Below are positions 55,274-64,000 of a stretch of DNA of 64,000 nucleotides, piece by piece. The position numbers and the translations under genes are program-made. The stretch covers positions 345,291-409,290 of the forward strand of contig CAWCVB010000005.1 in NCBI GenBank assembly GCA_963798915.1. The letters run 5' to 3'. Each line of letters starts with the position of its first letter. The first letter of the stretch is position 1. The notes beneath the pieces were generated by a model. It did not search any database. It had not been told where the DNA came from and saw only the letters and a program-made list of their open reading frames with translations. The stretch is from an uncultured Gemmatimonadales bacterium. GTDB taxonomy: Bacteria; Gemmatimonadota; Gemmatimonadetes; Gemmatimonadales; GWC2-71-9.

Positions 55274-56238
55274 GCGCGTCGCACCCTGGGATCGAGCACG
55301 GCATACGCGGCATCCGCCACCAGCGCCCCAGCCACCACCATCAGTGACACGAGGACGGTGATCCCCATCAGCAGTGGATAGTCGCGGGCCCCGACTGCAT
55401 CGGCCGCCAGCGCGCCGAGGCCCGGCCAGGCAAAGACCTTCTCGACGAACACGGATCCCGCCACCACAAGCGGCAGCCAGAGCCCGAACAGCGTCACGAC
55501 CGGAAAGAGTGCGTTCCGGAAGGCATGTCGCCATCGGACGGCGGCCTCGCCCAGCCCGCGGGCGCGCGCCGCCTGCACGTACGGTTCACGCAGCGCGTGC
55601 AGCATGGCACTGCGCTCGTGGCGCATGGTCGCGCCGATATTCACGGCCGCCAGGGTCACGGCTGGCAGCACGAGATGGCGCAGGATATCGACCGCCCGCA
55701 CGCCGAAGCCGGCGTCCGATGGCAGCAATGGATCGTGCATGCCGGCGGCCGGCAGCAGGCGCCATTCGATGCCGACCAGCCACGCGAGTACCAGCCCCAG
55801 CCAGAACGACGGGGTGGCGTAGGCGGCCAGCGACACAAGACCCGCGGCCTGCTCACCCGGACTGCCGGCCCGAGTGGCCTGGAAGGCGCCAAGCCACGAC
55901 CCCAGGACGAACGTGATGAGGAGGACGGTGCCACCCAGGAGGAGGGAGGCCGGCACCCGCTGGGCGATCAGGGCCGTCACAGGTCGGCCGTATTCGATTG
56001 ACGTGCCGAAGTCGCCCCGCAATGCGCCGGCGACAAACGAGCGAAACTGTGCCGCGAGCGGCTGGTCCAGGCCGTAGCGGGCCCGTAGGACGGCCGTCTG
56101 CTGCGGCGAAAGGGGATGCTCTTCGCCCAGCCGCGAGAGGGGGTCGCCCGGCGCAGCGCGCATGAGGAAGAACGCCAGGATGACCGCGAGCAGGGCGGTC
56201 ACCACCGCCTGGCCCACCCGTCCGGCGAGCCATCTCAT
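55270..56238 (-). CDS. Oligopeptide ABC transporter permease (OppB-like)
   Basis: APGDP, YGLDQP, GDFGTS, ARARGL, HAFRNAL, VEKVFAWPGLG, RDYP. Confidence 0.93.
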   Translation of the reverse strand: MRWLAGRVGQAVVTALLAVILAFFLMRAAPGDPLSRLGEEHPLSPQQTAVLRARYGLDQPLAAQFRSFVAGALRGDFGTSIEYGRPVTALIAQRVPASLLLGGTVLLITFVLGSWLGAFQATRAGSPGEQAAGLVSLAAYATPSFWLGLVLAWLVGIEWRLLPAAGMHDPLLPSDAGFGVRAVDILRHLVLPAVTLAAVNIGATMRHERSAMLHALREPYVQAARARGLGEAAVRWRHAFRNALFPVVTLFGLWLPLVVAGSVFVEKVFAWPGLGALAADAVGARDYPLLMGITVLVSLMVVAGALVADAAYAVLDPRVRRA

Positions 56239-56239
56239 G

Positions 56240-57883
56240 TCAATGGGTCACGCGATCCCGGGCCAACTCCTGGCCATGCCGCACCCGCCAGTGCCACAGC
56301 ATCAACCAGGGCGAGCCGTCCCGGAGTTCGACGCGCTCGAACCGTCGATGCACGGCGAGGACCTCGAGTGGAGCGAAGAGGAAGGTGGCGGCCGCATCGT
56401 CCTCCATGCGGCGGAGGGCCTGCAGGTAAAGCGGCGTGGCGTTGTCCTGCGCCATGATGGCCTCGGCGAGGAGCGAATCCGACGCCGGGTCGCAGAAGTG
56501 CGAGACGTTGCTGGCACCGCCGCAGGTCCAGGAATCGGTGAGCCCGGATGGTGAGGGCACCTGGCGCATCGCACCGAAGGAGATGTCGAAGCGCCCCGAC
56601 ACGAATCGCTCCTGCCAGACAGGCCGTTCGAGTACGAGCACATCCAGCTTGATGCCGATCTGCCGAAGTTGCTCCTGCGCCATCATTCCGATCTGGCGGC
56701 GCATGAGACTGGAGGACGGGATCATGACCGAGAGTTCAAGTGGGGTTCCGCCCCGTTCGAGCATGCCGTCGCCGTCTGCATCGCGCCAGCCAGCGTCCCG
56801 CAGCAGCGCGGCGGCGCGTGCAGCGTTCCTCGGCCGGGCCTTGGGCGACACATTGCCCAGCCAGAGCATCTGCGAGACCGGACCAAACGGGACCGAACCG
56901 TAGGGGCCGAACTGGGACTGCACCATCGCCTGGCGATCAAGTCCGAGGGTGATGGCCTGCCGCACCCGCTCATCGGCCAGGATGGGGTGCGCCCGCGCTG
57001 TGTCCGCCGGCGCGCGATAGTTGAAAAGCAGATAGCCGAGCAGGTCGGATGGAGTCGTCACCAGGCGGAAATCACCGGTGCGCTCGAGCCGCGACCGGTT
57101 GGCGAGCGGAGGCACCACGGCGGCCATGGCATCAGCTTCCCCACTCAGGAGCAGGTTCATCCGGGCTGCCGGGTCGGTGGCAGTGCGGAAGACGACTCGG
57201 CCCAGGCCGGGGTGGCCGAGAAAGAACTGGGAAACCGCCGCCAGCTCGACGGATTCCCCCGGCACCATCCGGACCCATCGGAAGGCGCCGTCTCCCACGG
57301 GCGCTCGCGCATAGGCCGAGCGCGCAACGGCGTCAGGCGGCATGGATTCCAGCAAATGGGCGGGAATGGGCTGGACGTAATACGTCGCGTCGAAGAACTG
57401 TTCGCCGTACGGCTGGTCAAAGCTGATGACCACCCGATGGTCACCTTCGGCCCGCACGTCGCGAATATGTTTCAGGAGGTCGGCCAGTGAGGGCGCGATG
57501 GCCGGATTCCGGGCGCGACGGAAGGTGAAGACGACATCGCGGGACGTGACCGGAACGCCGTCGTGCCAGCGCGCTCGTGGATCGAGCTCGAACACGAGCG
57601 TGACCGAGTCGCGCCGGGTCCAGCTCCGGGCCAGCTGCGGCTCGTATCCCGACTCATCGGTCGTCGCATGTCCCGGCTTCCGGACAGCGAGGCGAAGGAA
57701 GAGCTGGTCCGCCAGTTCCTGGTTGGCCCGGGTGTTGGCCGCACCTTCGATCAGGGTGGGAATCGGCAGGCTCGCCTGCTCCCCCGTGACGATCACGATC
57801 GTGCCAGAGGGCCCCTGGGCGCAGAGCGGCGCTCCAGCGGCCATCAGGCATATGCAGGTGGAGATCGAGGTCAGTCGGCGCAC
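56240..57883 (-). CDS. Peptide ABC transporter substrate-binding protein (family 5)
   Basis: LARSW, WHDGVPVTSRDVVFTF, PVGDGAF, RVRQAI, DADGDG; start uncertain. Confidence 0.88.
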   Translation of the reverse strand: MRRLTSISTCICLMAAGAPLCAQGPSGTIVIVTGEQASLPIPTLIEGAANTRANQELADQLFLRLAVRKPGHATTDESGYEPQLARSWTRRDSVTLVFELDPRARWHDGVPVTSRDVVFTFRRARNPAIAPSLADLLKHIRDVRAEGDHRVVISFDQPYGEQFFDATYYVQPIPAHLLESMPPDAVARSAYARAPVGDGAFRWVRMVPGESVELAAVSQFFLGHPGLGRVVFRTATDPAARMNLLLSGEADAMAAVVPPLANRSRLERTGDFRLVTTPSDLLGYLLFNYRAPADTARAHPILADERVRQAITLGLDRQAMVQSQFGPYGSVPFGPVSQMLWLGNVSPKARPRNAARAAALLRDAGWRDADGDGMLERGGTPLELSVMIPSSSLMRRQIGMMAQEQLRQIGIKLDVLVLERPVWQERFVSGRFDISFGAMRQVPSPSGLTDSWTCGGASNVSHFCDPASDSLLAEAIMAQDNATPLYLQALRRMEDDAAATFLFAPLEVLAVHRRFERVELRDGSPWLMLWHWRVRHGQELARDRVTH

Positions 57884-57962
57884 TTTGGGCCACTCCTGGA
57901 CGGGGGTCGCGAGCGCGTCACTCTTTCCAATGTGAGAACGCAGGTCCGCTGCGTCCAGTGGC

Positions 57963-58739
57963 TCATCGCCGCCAGGTCCACTCCGCGGACTGGAAGCGGG
58001 GCGCATGCTGCGCCGCCAGCTGTCGCAAGTGGTGTGAGGGTGTGCGAAGGTCATGCCAGCTGCCTCGCCAGCTCTCCGCGGCCAAGCGGATGGCCTGGGC
58101 CACCTCGCCAAAGGCGACCGGACGCCGCAGTTCGGCGCTGAGCGAGGTGCTGCGGGCCTCAGCCGCGGGGCCCAGGGCCACCGTTCGCACCAGGGACTGG
58201 TCGCCTGCAAGCAGCAGCGATCCATGCTGCAGCAGCGCTCCCTCATGCCGCAACTGGGCGCTGCCAACCAGCTTGCCCCGCCGCGTCATCACCTCGCCGC
58301 CCACCGGATTTGCAAAGCAGGCGCCAGCCTCCAGTGAAAGCGGAACGACCTCGGCCGGGGCGAGGGTGGCGCGAACACGGAGAGAACAGACGGCCCGGCA
58401 GAGCATCGAGTGGATCAGCCGGTAGGCTGCGGCCAGGTCGCCAAACGCCGCGGTGGGCGCGGCCACGGCGTAGGTGAGTTCCTCCGCGTGCCAGACGGCC
58501 CGACCGCCAGTCGGCCGGCGGACCGTATCGATGCCCAGCGACTCGACGACGGCGCGATCATAGCGGCGAGCAGCCGGTTCGTGTCGCCCGAATGAGAGGC
58601 AGTGAGGATCCCACCTGTACAGGCGCAGCACCGCGCCACCCCCAGCCGCGAGGTCCAGCAACGCGGCATCGAGCGCCATGTTGGACCAGCCAGGCCGGGG
58701 AACCTCATCCAGCCAGAGTTGCCAGTCGAGCGGAGCCAC
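57963..58739 (-). CDS. Lipoate-protein ligase A / LipM-like octanoyltransferase (single domain)
   Basis: NMALD, LRLYRW, RRPTGGRAVWH, ACF, KLVGSAQ, LQHGS; start uncertain. Confidence 0.85.
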   Translation of the reverse strand: MAPLDWQLWLDEVPRPGWSNMALDAALLDLAAGGGAVLRLYRWDPHCLSFGRHEPAARRYDRAVVESLGIDTVRRPTGGRAVWHAEELTYAVAAPTAAFGDLAAAYRLIHSMLCRAVCSLRVRATLAPAEVVPLSLEAGACFANPVGGEVMTRRGKLVGSAQLRHEGALLQHGSLLLAGDQSLVRTVALGPAAEARSTSLSAELRRPVAFGEVAQAIRLAAESWRGSWHDLRTPSHHLRQLAAQHAPRFQSAEWTWRR

Positions 58740-58791
58740 GGGCGTCGGGGTGATTGGCCACCGCGCTCCGGCCGACGATCGAGCCCGCCCG

Positions 58792-61722
<2,931 letters not shown>

Positions 61723-61759
61723 CGAACTACCTCGAAGAAACCAGGCGTAAACGGACGGA

Positions 61760-61786
61760 CGCCCCGGGCGAACGCAGCCCGGGGCG
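61760..61786. terminator. Stem-loop between gcvH and gcvP
   Basis: CGCCCCGGGC-7 nt-GCCCGGGGCG; weak U-tail, so a partial terminator or mRNA stabiliser. Confidence 0.5.
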
Positions 61787-61819
61787 CCGATAAAGACTCA
61801 TTCTCATGCCGCCGGCGCA

Positions 61820-62209
61820 CTATTCGCCGATGTGCTTCCGGTAGGCGGCGGCGTCGAGCAGGCCATCCAGCGCGGACTTGTCGGACATGCGAATCTTGAC
61901 CATCCATCCCGCCCCGTAGGGATCCCGGTTCACCACCGCGGGGTCGGCGTCGAGCGCCTCGTTGATGGCGATCACCTCGCCAGCCACGGGCATGAAGAGT
62001 TCGGAGACCGCCTTGACGGCCTCGATGGTGCCGAACGACTGGTGGGCGTCAAAGGTGTCCCCCACCTTGGGCAGGCTCACGTATACGACGTCGCCCAGCT
62101 CGCCCTGCGCATAGTCGGTGATCCCGACCGCGGCGGCCGCACCGTCGCCGGTGTCCTGCACATATTCATGCTCTGTCGTGTACCGCAGCGCTTCCGGGAC
62201 GTTCGACAC
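61820..62209 (-). CDS. gcvH: Glycine cleavage system H protein
   Basis: YTTEHEY, GITDYAQGELGDVVY, IEAVKA (lipoyl Lys), NRDPYGAGW. Confidence 0.96.
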   Translation of the reverse strand: MSNVPEALRYTTEHEYVQDTGDGAAAAVGITDYAQGELGDVVYVSLPKVGDTFDAHQSFGTIEAVKAVSELFMPVAGEVIAINEALDADPAVVNRDPYGAGWMVKIRMSDKSALDGLLDAAAYRKHIGE

Positions 62210-62271
62210 GGGCACTCCCCTTGATCGTGGGCTGTTCTGCGGTGAGAGGATAGGTACGCGCCAGCATGAAA

Positions 62272-62871
62272 TCAAGCAGGGTGGGTGAGTGCGCGCCACA
62301 CCTCCTGCGCGGCGGCCCGGAGGTGGTCGAGCGAGCCATCATTGAGGATGACAAAATCGCTCTGCTGGCGGACCAGACTGGCCATGGCCTGCGCGTCGAG
62401 AAATCGCTCCGCGCTGTCCCGATCCAGGTGCCGTTGCTCCTCGAGTCGCTGGACGATGAGGGGCCGGGGTGACTCGACCAGCACCACCCGGTCGAACAGG
62501 TGTGCCGTGCCGGTCTCGAACAGCAGCGGGATTTCGACCACGACATACGGGGTCCCGCGTTTCGCAAGGTCCGCCAGTGCGGTTCTGATGGCCGAGAAGA
62601 CGGCGGGGTGAATGAGCGCGTTGAGGGCGGCCCGGGCATCGGCGTCGGCCAGAATCAGCCGACGAAGGGCGGCGCGATCGAGGCTGCCGTCCTCCTGCAC
62701 CATGGCATCGCCGAACCGATCAACGATGGCAGCGAACACCGGAGTGCCGCGCGCCTGAAGGCCGCGGACCGTCTCGTCCGCATCAATCCGGACGGCGCCC
62801 CACAGCTCGAACAGCCGGGCCACGGTGCTCTTGCCGGATGCGATGTTGCCGGTGACGGCAATACTGCGCAT
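62272..62871 (-). CDS. coaE: Dephospho-CoA kinase
   Basis: VTGNIASGKST, IDAD, LDRAAL, LIHPAV, IPLLFE. Confidence 0.95.
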   Translation of the reverse strand: MRSIAVTGNIASGKSTVARLFELWGAVRIDADETVRGLQARGTPVFAAIVDRFGDAMVQEDGSLDRAALRRLILADADARAALNALIHPAVFSAIRTALADLAKRGTPYVVVEIPLLFETGTAHLFDRVVLVESPRPLIVQRLEEQRHLDRDSAERFLDAQAMASLVRQQSDFVILNDGSLDHLRAAAQEVWRALTHPA

Positions 62872-62880
62872 GCGCCCCGC

Positions 62881-63513
62881 TCAGGAGGCGTGGCGGGCGG
62901 CCGCGTTCAGCGCCAGGTCGCCCTGGTCTTCGTCCCGCCGGGGCACCGCATGGCAGGTGCGGCAGCGGGCCTCGTAACTCTCGCGACCGCCGACCATGAT
63001 GGTGGGAGAGTCGTATCGTGCCGGGCGGCCGTCGATGAGTCGCTGGTTGCGACAGGCCAGCTCCCCGCAGCGCACACAGATGGCGCGCAGCTTGTCCACC
63101 TGCTCGGCCACGCACATCAGCGGCCCCATGAAGCCGAACGGCTCGCCCCGGAAATCGGTGTCGGTGCCGGCCAGGATGACGCGCTTGCCCTGATTGGCCA
63201 GCATCGTGACGACCTCGACGAGGCCGGCATCCAGGAACTGGGCCTCGTCGATGGCGACGATGTCCGTGTCAGGCCGGACCTGCCGGAATATTTCCGCGGC
63301 GCTGTCCACGGGCGCCGCGTCCAGCTCGCCGCCGCTGTGACTGGAGACACTGTACAGTCCCGCGTAGCGGCTATCGAGATGCGACTTGAAGACCTGCACC
63401 CGTCGTCGTGCAATGATGCCACGGCGCACGCGCCGGATGAGTTCCTCGCTCTTGCCGCTGAACATCACGCCGGCAATGACTTCGATCCATCCCGACTGGG
63501 GCTGTTCGTGCAT
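62881..63513 (-). CDS. tdk: Thymidine kinase
   Basis: [28 protein letters not shown]...YEARCRTCH. Confidence 0.96.
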   Translation of the reverse strand: MHEQPQSGWIEVIAGVMFSGKSEELIRRVRRGIIARRRVQVFKSHLDSRYAGLYSVSSHSGGELDAAPVDSAAEIFRQVRPDTDIVAIDEAQFLDAGLVEVVTMLANQGKRVILAGTDTDFRGEPFGFMGPLMCVAEQVDKLRAICVRCGELACRNQRLIDGRPARYDSPTIMVGGRESYEARCRTCHAVPRRDEDQGDLALNAAARHAS

Positions 63514-63655
63514 GACCTGTCCTGTGGCGTGCGGGGCCCGAGAGATTACGGCGCGCAGCGGCTGCGGTCAAGCGCCGGTCGGCGCAGCTTGCGGGATGTG
63601 CGTTCGGCGCGGCATATTGACGCCCTCAATCCCCGTCCAGTACAAGGAGTCGCCC

Positions 63656-63988
63656 GTGAACCGGCAGGACCTGGTTGCCGCACTCGCGAAGCGCGCCGGA
63701 CTGACCCGCGCCCGCGCGGCTGAACTCGTGGACGTACTCTTCGGGGACGAGGGACTGATTGCGGCCGAGCTGAAGCGGGGCGGCAAGGTGCTGATCAGCG
63801 GCTTTGGCCAGTTCGAAACGCGTGCGCGGGCCGCACGCAAGGGCCGCAATCCCGCCACCAACGAAACCATTACGCTCAAGGCGACCACCGTACCCGCGTT
63901 CCGGCCCGGCAAGACGCTCAAGGACCTCGTGAGCCGCGTCCGACCGGCCGCCGGGGCCGCTCGGCGCCGCGGTCCAGCCGGGCCGTAA
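63656..63988 (+). CDS. HU family DNA-binding protein
   Basis: MNRQDLV, GFGQF, RAARKGRNPAT, PAFRPGKTLK; AAGGAG SD before GTG. Confidence 0.94.
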   Translation: MNRQDLVAALAKRAGLTRARAAELVDVLFGDEGLIAAELKRGGKVLISGFGQFETRARAARKGRNPATNETITLKATTVPAFRPGKTLKDLVSRVRPAAGAARRRGPAGP

Positions 63989-64000
63989 CCTTCCGGCGGC

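Overview
High-GC bacterial chromosomal segment. Gene content and protein styles suggest a Gemmatimonadota-like diderm, but that is inference only. It is mostly core genome: dnaE-accA-ricT-metG, a lipA-pdhABC-lpdA cluster, gcvH-gcvP plus a lipoyl/octanoyl ligase, coaE, tdk and HU. It also carries many peptide-foraging genes (secreted Zn metalloprotease, aminopeptidase, M20, M55, C26, POT and Opp-type transporters, two TonB-dependent receptors) and a TsdA-like diheme cytochrome. I found no rRNA, tRNA, CRISPR array, transposase or integrase. The best candidate for an undescribed system is 40729-43148: a membrane protein, a winged-helix regulator, a non-housekeeping-context uppS and a frameshifted membrane protein, with two matching palindromes (RCTTTRY-N3-RYAAAGY), one overlapping a clear -10. 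Other leads are a ~100-nt three-way-junction RNA candidate (40031-40131), a TPM-nucleotidyltransferase(DxN)-LemA cassette, an extra CxxxCxxC motif in RicT, very compact divergent promoter and start-codon overlaps, and heptamer/octamer repeat arrays in intergenic gaps. All calls were made by eye from motifs; no searches or folding programs were run.
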